Assembly: GCF_024521635.1 (NCBI RefSeq) | Contig: NW_026250410.1 | Span: 744,001-808,000, forward strand | Direction: 5' to 3' | Length of the DNA: 64,000 bases | Origin: Tricharina praecox | Taxonomy: Eukaryota | Position numbers and translations under genes: made by a program | Part shown: positions 1 through 11,455 of the stretch, in pieces | Numbering within the stretch: position 1 is the first letter of the stretch | Layout of the letters: each line of letters begins with the position of its first letter | The notes under the pieces: generated by a model | Seen by the model: only the letters and a program-made list of their open reading frames with translations | Database searches by the model: none | What the model was told of the DNA's origin: nothing

Positions 1-2091
1 GTTGAGTCGTTGCATGGCCGTGTACTCGGTGAGCATGTGTTGGATGTCTCCTACAAGACTTCGGATGGTACGGATGCACCACCTTCGTCTTCGGAGCCTC
101 CTTCTCCGCCGCATGTCGTTGCTGCTCCTCCCCAGATGCAGCAGATGTTTGGCCCGCATCCTTCGTTCCATCAGCACCAGTCTGTTCAACACAACCAGGC
201 CTTCCACAATCCCTCTCACCCCATGGGATGGGTTCAGAATGGAATGGGAAATAACTTTCCACCCCGGCACTTTGGCGGCATGCAGCAGCCACCGTACGGA
301 GTCCCAGCACCGCACCTGATGCCTTTCTTTGGAGGTAACCAAGTCTCCATGTTCGGTCAGCCACATGTCGACGACAATCCACCCTTTGACTACCCTACGT
401 CTCCTCCTATGCATGGGATGCGTTGGGAACAGTCCCCCGAACAGAAGCATTTCTCCGGAAATCGCAATGATCGTCGCTACGATGCTCCCCAAGGGCTTCA
501 TGCCAACAACTACAGTCGTCAGCAGCACCAGCCCGAGTACGCCGACAGTTCGAACTCGGAACTCCAGCCTAGGAGTGTGTCCAATAGCACCATTGACTCC
601 ACTGGTACCGCGGCAACTTCTGTGTTCCCCGCTGAAGAGAGCTTCAAGCAGGAATGCGAGAATTCCCCACCGGAGAATAAGGACGGCAAAGAAGCGGTGG
701 TGAGCTCCTCCACCTACACTGGAGTGGGACTGAACAGCTTTGAGACCCTCACTCCTCCAATCATTCCCGAAACCAAAAAGCCGACGGATCCTTGCAACCT
801 TTTCATTAAGAACCTGGATGATTGTGTCATCAGCACCTCGGAGGAGCTGAAGAATCTCTTTGAGTCTTTCGGGCAGGTTGCTTCCGCTCATCTTGCTACC
901 TATCCCGAATCGAAAATTTCCAGAGGATATGGCTTTGTCGCTTTCGCCAAAGCTGAGGATGCCGCGAAGGCGAAGGATAAGATCAACAATATCTTGGTTG
1001 GAAAGAAGAGGGTGTTCGTTAGCTATGCGGAAAGGAAGGAGGACCGTGCTAAGAGACTGAAGTCTATCTTCCAAGGCAAAAACCCCGACGAGGAAGAGGA
1101 TGACGAAGTCAAGAAGGAGACGGATGAAGCCGGTGAGGCCGATGAGGCCGTAGCTACGACGGACGAAGAAGGAAACAATGGCAAGAACATGATGAAGGAG
1201 GAACCAATAGACGCTTCGATCGTCATCGAGGTTTCTACTACGGCCGATGTGGAGGAGTCTCTTAAGGCTAAGGAGGAGGAGGAGCTCCCTGTTGCGTCGA
1301 AGAAGGTTGCGACTGAATCTGGATCCAAGAGGGGAGGAGTTTCGCGTAACAAGGCTCAGGTTGGCGGGCAGAAGGGAACCACTACGAAGGGATTCAAGAG
1401 CACTCCCTTGGATAAGAGTATGCTTCATATTCCGATTTTCAGTCCACATTGCTAATGTTGTTTAGTTACCGAGGTTGAGGAAGAGAAGGTTGTCCCAACC
1501 GAAAAGTCCGTTGGAGATTCCGATGCCACTTCCGGAGTCGTCCCAGAGGTTGCCGTTACCCCATCGTTGGATGCTTTAGCCAAGGTCCCTGCTCCATTAG
1601 GTAGGACCAACAAGGCCGATGCGGAGGGTACTGGCTCCAAGGCTAGCACCGGCGGCGGCAACAACAAGCGCAGTACTCGTCGTAGCGCGGGAACTCAGAA
1701 GATCACCAGCAGTCAGGTTCAGACCGCGGTACCGAGTCTCAAGCAGATCAGCAGCCTTGGACGTTCGTCTTCGAGGATCCCCGTGCAGAACATGGGAGGT
1801 CCTCTACAGAACATCCCGCCTACTGGACCCCGTTTGAACAACGATGTCACGACTCAGAACCAGGGTAACCCGACTGCTACTACCATCGCTGCTGCCGCCG
1901 GTGGACCCAATCACTATCCCAAGAGGCGTGGCGGATACAAGGGCAACAACCCTCGTAATGGACGCAGCCTGGTGGACAAGAGCGGAGCTGACGGAGCCAC
2001 TGGCCAGAAGGAAGGCGAGCAGAAGGGAACTGGAGGTGTCAAGAAGACCGTCACTGGACAGGTCGGCACCGCTCCTGTTGCTGCCCACTAG
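1..2091 (+). CDS. RRM-domain RNA-binding protein, 5'-partial (gene starts upstream of the window); intron 1418-1465
   Basis: Frame is open from base 1. RNP2/RNP1 motifs NLFIKNL...RGYGFVAF lie at ~795-950. The GTATGC...GCTAAT...TTTAG intron (48 nt) joins ORFs 10..1455 and 1567..2091 in frame. The first residues (LHGRVLGEHVLDVSY) look like the end of a preceding RRM. Confidence 0.8.
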
Positions 2092-2251
2092 GCTGGGCTT
2101 TCGATGCATGATGGAAGAAGGGGAGGGTACCAGAACGCTTCTAAAAGGGGTTTGCTACATGGGAGGGGCGTTTGGCAAGTCGTGGTAATGACGGGGAATT
2201 GGAGCTGGAGCTGTATTTTTTAGACACCAATTGTTGCCAGATGGCGATAGC

Positions 2252-2252
<1 letters not shown>

Positions 2253-2297
<45 letters not shown>
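2253..2297. repeat. (ATG)15 microsatellite, followed by (GATG)n at ~2455-2480
   Basis: Read directly; lies in the convergent 3' region between the RRM gene and PRP9. Confidence 0.95.
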
Positions 2298-2840
2298 CGT
2301 TTTGCGATAATGATACCTTTGTGTTTGCTTGTCTTTTTCTTTACTGCAATTGGGTCTGACTGTGTACGATACAGTGGGGCCGGGGGGTCGGTGGGTTTGT
2401 TTTTGTACTGTAGAGGTACGAGGGATTGGCATGCGGTGACATGGATGCGATGAATGGATGGATGGATGGATGGATGGATGGGAGGGGTTGGTTTGCTTGG
2501 TTGCGCTGGCTTGCGATAGTGACACTGCCTTTGTGCCATTACTCTACTCAGCGCATGCAATGATGAATAAAATGCGGATCTCAAGAGTAACACTGGGAGT
2601 GCGATGCGAGTGATATGGCATGGTTATGGTATTGTACAATAGTGTAGTCGTAATAGGTAAGACGGGAAAAAAAACGAAGCATCATAGCAGCAAGCAAGAA
2701 CAAACCACTCTACACAGACCCAAACCAAACCAACCCAAGCGAAGCAAAGCAAAGTAACATTAACACCGAAGAAAGAAGGATGTGTAAGAACGTAATATAA
2801 TAAATTCAGCGCACAGCTCGCAGATCAGCACAGCACAGCA

Positions 2841-4491
2841 CTACAACAGCCCCTGTTTCTGCAGATCCTCAAAGACCTTTCTGGGCATAACATTTCCTTG
2901 GGCGTCCTCCATCTCCTCGACGGTCTCGGCCTGGACCTTCTGGCGCTTCTTGTCGGACTCGAGTTTCTCCCACAGGCGCTGTGCCTCGTCGATCTTTGTG
3001 ATCTCGCGGAACAGCGTGGTATTAGTGATGCCGAGGCACCGCAGGCCGTGGATGTGTCTGCTCTCGTTGAAGTGCTTGTCGAAGGCGCGGCGGCCCATGT
3101 ACACAAAGTTCCCGCAGATCTCGCATGGGAACTCGACTCCCAAACCGTGCAGCTTGTATAGCCAGTACGGGATAGGCTTGCCGTCCCATGCCAGTGGCAG
3201 CTTGAGCGGGTTGTAGATTTTGCTGTCGTCGTCGTCCCCGTCGTCGTCTGAGCCGCCGTCGCCGTTGCCGCCGCCGCCCCCGCCACCAGCTCCAGCCGCC
3301 TCGCTGCTCTCGAGGTATAGCGCCTCGAGCTCCATTTGCCGCTCACGCTCGGTGAGCGACTGTTTGCGCTCGACGTTGGTGGTGGTAGCTTCGCGCTGTG
3401 CTTGGAGGACTGCGGTGAGCTTCACAACCCGCCATTCACGCTCGGCGATGGCGCGGTCCTTGAGGCGGGCGAGCGAGGCTTTGGTTTGTGCGTCTTGCGA
3501 GGTGCTCCCGCCGTTCGAGGACTGGTCGAGCGGCGTGCCGATGGCCGCGACGTTCTTCAGGTGCTTCTTCGACGACGTGTGGTGCTCATACACGTTCTTG
3601 TTGCTGAACGACTTTTGGCAGGCGTCGCAGTAGATTGATGCCGTGGTGGTAGTGTTGTCGCCGCTATCGGAGGGTGTCTCTGTGGCGGCGGCGGGTAAGG
3701 TCTTCGACCACCCGGGGACCTCGTCTTTCTCCCATGCCTCGGCGAACGCGGCCTCGATGCCCGCAACGATCTTGTCGGGGTCCTCGAGCGGCCGGGTCCG
3801 CCGCAGGAACGACTCGAGGTAGTCCGCGACGCCGGTCAGGTACCGGAAGTACCGATCGTTCATCTTCTGGGCGCGCGTGAACTGCGCGAACTGGTCGTAG
3901 ACCGACAGGTATTGTAGGTAGGTGATCTTCTTGACGTTGGGATTGAGGTTCAGATACTCCTCGTGGTTCTTGGTGAGGTCAAAGAACCGGCCGTTGCTCT
4001 CCTCGCCCGTAAACATGGCGTCGATCTCCGAGAGGAAGAGCTCCTGCGTGCCTGCGGCGGCGGCGACGGCGGCGGCGGCGGTGCTGGCATCGCGCTTGTA
4101 GGCGCGCTCGAGGTTCTCGACTGGCTCGTTCGGGTACTTGCGGTGGAAGTCTTTGATTGTCGACAATTGCTTGTAGAATTCTTCGAACGGGTCGTGCGTG
4201 GTGAGGGATTCGAGCTCGCGCCGCAGCGTGCCGTCACTGTCAGTTTTGAGGGAGACGAGCCGCGCGGATTGCTGCTGGAACCGGTCGACGAATTTGGCGA
4301 TCTGGTGGTCGCGGGCTAGACGGTCTCGCACCTGGGCTTCTGGTCAGTTCAATGGTTCACTCGCACCTGGTGGGGTGGAGAGGATGGCTTTGTGGTACCG
4401 TCCGTGGTTCCTCTAGCACGCGGTCGGCACATGCTTGCTCTAGGCGCTCAAGATCTTCGCATAAGCTCCGCTGCTCTTCTAGAATCGCCAT
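2841..4491 (-). CDS. PRP9: Splicing factor SF3a60 / Prp9 / Sap61 (U2 snRNP); intron 4332-4398
   Basis: Starts MAILEEQR..EDLERLEQA. Contains YCDACQK..YEHHTSSKKH, YNPLKLPLAWDGKPIPYWLYKLHGLG and the C-terminal zinc finger CEICGNFVYMGRRAFDKHF; ends EDLQKQGLL. Confidence 0.95.
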
Positions 4492-4818
4492 GGTGTATTT
4501 GGTGTATACGTCTTTCTTTTCCTTGGTGAAGAAATCGCGTACGGAACTCGTGGCAGTTGTAGAAACGCGAGGTTGTTGGTGGCGCCAGCAAGGAAGACAC
4601 CAAGGCTGCCATTGGTCATGCTTTCGCATTTACCCGGCCATGCCACGGGTCGTACCGAGCTCGACTTCAATCCTGCCATGCGTCTCTGCCATCCTTCCTT
4701 GACCTAACAACTACCGCCACGATACGATCTAGACATCTTCTGCACAACCCAATTCTCGCAACCAAAACAAACGCACCCACCCGAATCCCACCCACCTCAA
4801 TTCCAGAAATCCCCCACC

Positions 4819-6168
4819 ATGGCCGACGGAATCGACCGCCGCGAAGACCAACGTCTGGAATTCTCCACGACGAAGGAGGTAACGGTAGCGCCGACCTTCG
4901 AGGCGATGCACCTGAAGGAAACGCTGCTGCGCGGAATCTACGCCTACGGCTACGAGTCCCCCTCTGCTGTGCAGTCCCGCGCAATCGTCCAGATCTGCAA
5001 GGGCCGCGACACTATCGCCCAGGCGCAGTCCGGAACCGGAAAGACGGCTACGTTCTCGATCTCGATACTGCAGGTCATTGACACGGCGGTGCGAGAGACC
5101 CAAGGTTAGTCGAGTGGATTCGGTGCGCGGGGGCGGCGGCGGTAGTGGTGGTGCAAAGTGGAAGGGAAGGGCTGATGGTGTGGCTTTGCTTTAGCGCTGG
5201 TTCTCTCCCCCACCCGTGAATTGGCAACTCAGATCCAGTCCGTTATTATGGCGCTTGGCGACTACATGAACGTGCAATGCCACGCGTGCATTGGCGGCAC
5301 CAATATCGGCGAGGACATTCGCAAGCTCGACTACGGCCAGCACGTGGTTTCGGGCACGCCCGGACGCGTCGCGGACATGATCCGGCGTCGCAACCTGCGC
5401 ACGCGACAGATCAAGATGCTCGTGCTCGACGAGGCCGACGAGCTGCTGAACCGCGGGTTCAGAGAGCAGATCTACGACGTGTATCGATACCTGCCGCCGT
5501 CCACCCAGGTCGTCGTCGTTTCTGCTACCCTCCCCTACGATGTGCTCGACATGACGCAGAAATTTATGACCGACCCCGTGCGCATCCTGGTTAAGCGTGA
5601 CGAGCTCACGCTGGAGGGCCTGAAACAATACTTCATCGCCGTGGAAAAGGAGGAGTGGAAATTCGACACGCTCTGCGATCTCTACGACACACTGACCATC
5701 ACGCAAGCCGTCATCTTCTGCAATACGCGCAGAAAGGTCGACTGGCTGACGGAGAAGATGCGGGAGGCCAACTTCACGGTCAGCAGCATGCACGGCGAGA
5801 TGCCGCAGAAGGAGCGTGATGCCATCATGCAGGAGTTCCGGCAGGGAAACAGCAGAGTCCTCATTTCGACCGATGTCTGGGCGAGAGGTATCGACGTCCA
5901 ACAGGTCTCCTTAGTCATCAACTACGACCTGCCGAGCAATCGTGAGAATTACATCCATCGCATCGGTAGATCGGGCCGTTTCGGACGCAAAGGTGTCGCC
6001 ATTAACTTTGTCACCAGCGAGGACGTCAGGATCTTGAGAGATATCGAGTTGTTCTACAGTATGCCCTCTCCTTCCCCCCTTTTCCTCCTCCTCATACTGT
6101 TAGCTAACCCACAAACAGGCACCCAAATCGACGAAATGCCCATGAACGTCTCCGACCTACTAGCATAA
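4819..6168 (+). CDS. FAL1: DEAD-box helicase eIF4A-III (exon junction complex core); introns 5105-5194 and 6059-6118
   Basis: Motifs [14 protein letters not shown] (formed across the intron 1 junction), [16 protein letters not shown] and [31 protein letters not shown] and the VWARG variant fit eIF4A-III. Confidence 0.95.
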
Positions 6169-6623
6169 GTGGGCATGAACTGCGTCGGGGAAACTGTGTA
6201 GATTACCATAATTTGATAGTTACTTTCTCAGTTGTTGAAGACCTGGGCAAAAAGGAAAAGGAATAAGTGAGGGGGAAATGGGCTATGACTACCAATGGTT
6301 TGTGCCCCGGCCCCTGTTGTGGTGCAACTATTCATTAATGAGCACTCGCTTACATATTGTGTGTGATAGACTCTTTTTTTACTTGATGAGGGGTGAGAAT
6401 GAGTAGGGCACTGAGAATGTAGTTATCGGGGTGATGATGCTCAATGAGATCAATGATATGAACAAATGACAACTTTCACAGTGAATTGAATAATCGTCTG
6501 GACCTTTGGTACCTATGTCCGACGTGTTTCAGTGTTTCTACAGTGGCGGTAGCCAGCTCGGTCAAGGATGATTACGGCGGTTATGTACTAGAGTAGGTAT
6601 ACCGATGACCTGACCGAGCCTAC

Positions 6624-7852
6624 CTACTTTTTGTAGGCCCTCATATACCGTTGCCTGTACATACGCCCAAGTTAGCTCACCACTCCACCCACTATTCCCA
6701 CCAGATGCACTCACCACCAGTCTCTAAACTTCACCGTCCTAACATCAATCCCCAAATCCTTGAGTTCCTGTGTTGACAGATGGCAATCATACGGGCGTTG
6801 CACTTTGCACTTCATTAGCCATATGCACCCACACGCACACCTCCCCTCCACAGCCTCGGGGGGGGGGGGGGGGGGGGGAGCGGGGGGGAGCGGGGGGAAA
6901 CGAACCAGCAGCATTCAGATCATTCTCAGCATTCGGCACGACATGCTCCAGCGGCAGGCCGGCGACATCCGCCATAGTTTGGCAGATCTCATACTTCGTC
7001 ATCCTCTCCTCACTGGAGAACTGGAGGACCCTTGGCAGGTCCTGCTCCATCTCCTCCTTCGACTCCATCCCGCGCGCATACCTCTCCGCAACATCAACCA
7101 GCACCCTAGCCACATCCGCCGTATTCGTCGGGTAGCGTACACTCCAATGATCCATGTCCACCTTCGCCTTCCCACCGGCGTTCCACACAACATCCAGCAG
7201 CGTATTAACCGCGCTCTCGCCATTCACCTCCACCTCGCCATAGAGCACGGGTACACGGAACACCACGCCCCCGGGCTCGTCGAGCACCGCGCCCTCCCCC
7301 GCCAGCTTCGTCGCGCCGTAGAAGTTTGGCGGGGCGGTGGGGGATCCGGCGGAGTACGGCGCCTCGCCCGGCGTGCCAGGGAAGACGTAATCCGTCGAGA
7401 TGTAGATCAGTGTCGACCCCATATCGGCGCAGAGGCGCGCGAGCAGCGACGTGGAGTCCACGTTGAGCGCTGTCGTGCCAGCTTGGTCGGTCGCACAGCG
7501 GTCGGGGGAACGCTCCGCGGCTGTGTGCACTACTACTGAGGGGCGGGTGGATGATAGTAGGGCCGACACCGCGGTGGAGTCCGTCAGGTCGAGTTTTTGG
7601 ATCGAGCCGGAGGCGCGGGAGAAGCCTAGGTGGGTGTTAGTGAGGCGGGAGGAGGGGGGGCGGGTGCCTACCCGTGCCAATGACTTTCCACTCGGCGTTC
7701 TCAAAGGCCTTCACTGTTCAGCACACCCAGTCAGCGCTCCTTCTTACTTCCATCCCGCCAGTTCCCAAGGGATACAAACCGCATTGTCGCCCCAACTGCC
7801 CCGTAGCACCGGTAATGACCACCGTCTTCTGCTCCTGTTGTTGCTCCGACAT
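6624..7852 (-). CDS. RmlD-like extended SDR / methionine adenosyltransferase 2 beta (MAT2B)-like protein; 4 introns
   Basis: Rossmann motif VITGATGQLG, then GTGFSRA, HTAAERSPD, YISTDYVF, YGATK (YxxxK) and RPYDCHL. A final intron GTGAGT...GCTAAC...TACAG (~6655-6714) gives the ending WWQRYMRAYKK*. Confidence 0.85.
6858..6897 (+). repeat. G21 homopolymer plus further G7 and G6 runs inside an intron of the RmlD-like gene
   Basis: Read directly. Confidence 0.9.
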
Positions 7853-8944
7853 AGTATCGGCGATTTGGATGGTTGGTTTGTGAAGGTATTTCACTTTGGC
7901 GGGGGGATGCTGGATGACGTAGGGGCATCTTCAAGGGACTTACTTACATAAGTAAGAAATAATCTCTAGATTTCAACAGCCAAGCACGGAAACCCCAAAT
8001 TCTATCCATCAATATCCAGAGTCCAGACAGCCATTATGATAATACTCCACCATCCTCTCCCGTCCCGTCCATCCATCAAACATCACATGGCAGAGCAGAG
8101 CAGCAGCAAATCTCTCAAGCTGAGTATAGAGTATGAAAAGGAAACCAGAAACAGAAAACAAATCATCCACCGGCAATTACAACAGCTGTCTCCCCGAGTC
8201 CCCCTTATGCATCAAACGAAGTGGGTACCGTACTTGTAAAGCAATATGAATATAAAAACCACGCACGCAACAAAGTAATCCCCCTTCCTCCGGCCGGCAA
8301 ACTATAAAATAAAAACGGGCATCCATAAAGTACAAACGATATGATTCCAACTTGCACACACCACAGCAAGAAGGTGACAGGTAAAAAAGCAATATTCGGA
8401 GCAAAAGATCTTGCCCTCTTTACGAATTCAATTTCTTCTTCCCCCCCAAACCAACCAACCTTGTACCCACCACTCTATATCCTCATCGACCCTAATTTCT
8501 CCCCATACACAGAAGACAAGACAACCTCCAGCCACCCAATACCACGACCGCCGGACCATAACCCTTCATATTATCTTTTTTGGTTTGACGAAGACGAGCT
8601 CCCGCTTCGAGACCGCGATTTGCCCTGACGGTAATGAGAGTCGGGAGCCTGACGTCGTTTCTTATTAACAACGGTCAGATGGAACGCCTCGACATAACAA
8701 AGCATGCGAAGAACAGTAGAAAAGAAAAGAGAAAAGAAAAAGGATGAGAAAAAGGATAGACATAATAATGAAACCCGAAAAAGAATGCGTGTTCCCCAGA
8801 ACAAAGGAAATCAGGCGACTCGAAAGCCAGTCAAGTGAGAAGAAGAAACCATGTCTCGCACCGCCGCCCCCAAAAAGAACAAAATCGTTGTCTATCGAGA
8901 GCAAATGGCGTAAAAGAATGCGTTGATTGACACAATCCAACGAA

Positions 8945-11319
8945 TTAAGCGTGACCTACCGCTTTGTTTGGGCTTTCGTCTTGGAGGTGGAGGGCGTCCA
9001 GCTTGTCGCTTGCCCCGTCTTCAGATATCTGCATAGGTGATCCGGCACGTGGTTTTGCTATTGAGCTGGCGCCGGACGCTGCCTCTTTCCGCTTCCTCGC
9101 CGCCTTCTCTTCCAAGGCCTTCCAGATATTCTCCCTCTCCGCTTGCCGTTGAGGGGCACTTTCTTGGAGAGCGGCGTAGTCGCTAGTGCATTCGTCGAAT
9201 AAGGAGGGGTTTATTTCCATGAACAACTTCATCGCACTATAGACCATTTGGTGGATTGTTCTACGATAGTTAGTTACGTCCTGCACCATTGAGTCAGGGG
9301 GCTGTACCTATTCCAGTGTCCTTTGGAGTTCTCGAATAATGGTGCGAACATGATCGGGAGGATGACTTCGACATTGTCACTGACGAGATTGCAGAAGTAC
9401 TCGTTGTTCCAGAAGTACAGGGCCCTCTCGGCAACCTATTGTTTGTCAGTACGGATGACAGCCACAAATGGCGGTGCAAGGGTAACCAACTTGGAAATGC
9501 GGGCTGGCCACGCTCTTGGCCAGCTGGTGGAAAAGTGGCTCCTGGACCTTTGCGAATTCTGCAGGATCCATGACCTCGAAGATATCCTCAACCTCGTTCA
9601 GGAACATGACTTCCTTGGTACTATTGGTCTTCGGCCAGTACCTCAGCAACCCCAGAACAACCTAAAGCGGGCCGGTCAGCACTAAGCCAGAACAGAGACT
9701 TCCGGTGTTAAAAGATCTCACCTCTTCGGTCAAGGCTGAGTCTTTTTCGAGGAACTGGACGATACAGTACGCCAATTGCGGGTGGTACATGCTGAGACTC
9801 TTGACTTTGTGTAATGGGATGAGAACCCGGGTCAAGAACAGTTTGTGCTCCTCCTTTAGAGGCAATGCGAATCCGTTGATGATACTACCCAAAATCTCGA
9901 GAAGCTCTGCGATTCCGTTGAACCGTTCTGTCTCGTAGACGAATTGGAAGAACACATTGTTGATGGATCTCCGGATGTACGAACGGAGATTGAGAAATTT
10001 GCCGTAGATACGATGAAGAGTCGTCTTCAAGAAGTCGCGCTCTCGGGGATCTTCAGAATCGAAGAGTTCCAGCAACTGATCAAGAAAAGCATAAGTTAGC
10101 AAGCCAAGAACACCCATGATTTTTAGGTTGCGATAACTGACCTGTAGCACAAACTGGTGGTCGATGTATTGTTTAGCGACGTTGGTGTTAAAATCTTGGC
10201 TTTCGATGAACCTCAGGAAGAACTCATAGACCACTTGAATATGGGGCCATGCAACTTCGAGCACAGGTTCGTCCTCCTCCGGATCAAACGCATCTCCAAC
10301 CGGATTCACCGGGGGAGGGATGGGTCTGAACAGGTTCTTGGCGAACATTTCCACCACCTTGGGGTACATCCTATCCGTGATGACAGACCGGTTGGTAGCG
10401 ACATAGTCGAGGAGCTCATGAAGTGCTAAGCGCTTGATTTCCTTGGGCTTCATATCCGCAGAAGCGTCGTTGAAGTCGAAGATGACATTACACTGATCCA
10501 GCTTCTGCAGGAAGAGCTCTTCCCTACGCTGAGGGGGAACGTCTACATTTATATCAGCATGTCTCGTTCGGATTCTTCACCAAGCGTCGATCATACCGAG
10601 GAAGCCAGGCAGCTTCTCCAGATCTCTCTTCTCGGAGATATCAAACCGCGAGCTGTGCTGCCTCTTGGGAGTCTTGAGACCCTCAGGAATCTGGTCGGCT
10701 TTGGGGGCGGTCTGCAATCTGTCAAAAGTCTTCTGACCGGCCTTGGGGGGTACCAGATCGCCCGGCATCGTTTCGGCGGCTCCTGGAGGAGGCACATGCT
10801 ACATCGCGACACGAACCATGATCAGCGCAGCGCTGGGAACAACGGATCACGAAGATTCCGGCATGAACGTACAGGCGCAGACGAAGGGCTAATGATCACA
10901 GAAGGTGCGATCATTCTCGCTCCCGCAGGAGAAGGAGCATTGTTGATGTGAGCATGGAGATTGGCCAACGAAGAGCCAGGAGATCCGGTTGCGGGCGATG
11001 ACTGAGTCGCCCCGGCAGCAGCAGGGTCCCTCGACTTGCTGGGGGTCTTGTCCGCAGAGGTATCCCCACTCCGGCTTGAATCACCACTGCTCCTCTTGTC
11101 GGAGGTGGTCGAAGATCCGGACGAGGCTTGAGATGACGAGGAACCAGAGTCCTTCTTCTTTGAGGAGGTCTTGGACTCCTTGGTTCGAGATAACTACAAC
11201 AGGACAAACGCACCAACTCGTCAGCACCTTTGTCTCATCGAGCGATTGAAATAAGGGAAAATATAATAATGTGGCTAAAAAAGCGCACATACACCCACTC
11301 TCTGCCTAAGACTTTTCAT
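8945..11319 (-). CDS. RTS1: Protein phosphatase 2A B56/B' regulatory subunit; ~7 introns
   Basis: Starts [14 protein letters not shown]56 signatures: [84 protein letters not shown]. Confidence 0.95.
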
Positions 11320-11350
11320 TTTGAAATCCACGATGGGTTTATTAGGGACT

Positions 11351-11455
11351 CTAGCTATTACGGTAGCTAGAGAGGGTGAGCAGTGCAGTTTCCAGGGGCT
11401 GAATGGGCAGGAACGATTGTTGCGTCGAAGTGTCGTGCGTGAGTCCGATGCTCAT
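11351..11455 (-). promoter_or_regulatory. Candidate uORF (34 aa) in the RTS1 5' leader
   Basis: The only minus-strand ATG between 11320 and 12384; the frame closes at TAG 11353-11351, 31 nt before the main ATG. Confidence 0.4.

Noticed and set aside
2172..2593. Poly-Met, poly-His and poly-Ile ORFs
   Set aside because: Translations of the (ATG)15 microsatellite in a 3' intergenic region.
4332..4398. Internal CCAG|GTGCGAG in the PRP9 intron, duplicating the true acceptor context (recursive splice site)
   Set aside because: The upstream half is only ~32 nt and lacks a branch point.
4492..4629. 46-aa N-terminal extension of PRP9 from the in-frame ATG at 4629
   Set aside because: Weak start context inside the shared promoter; family similarity begins at MAILEEQR.
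11194..11298. Stwintron (nested intron) in RTS1 intron 1
   Set aside because: The implied outer intron would be ~24 nt with no branch point; a plain GTATGT...CTGAC...TAG intron explains the frame.
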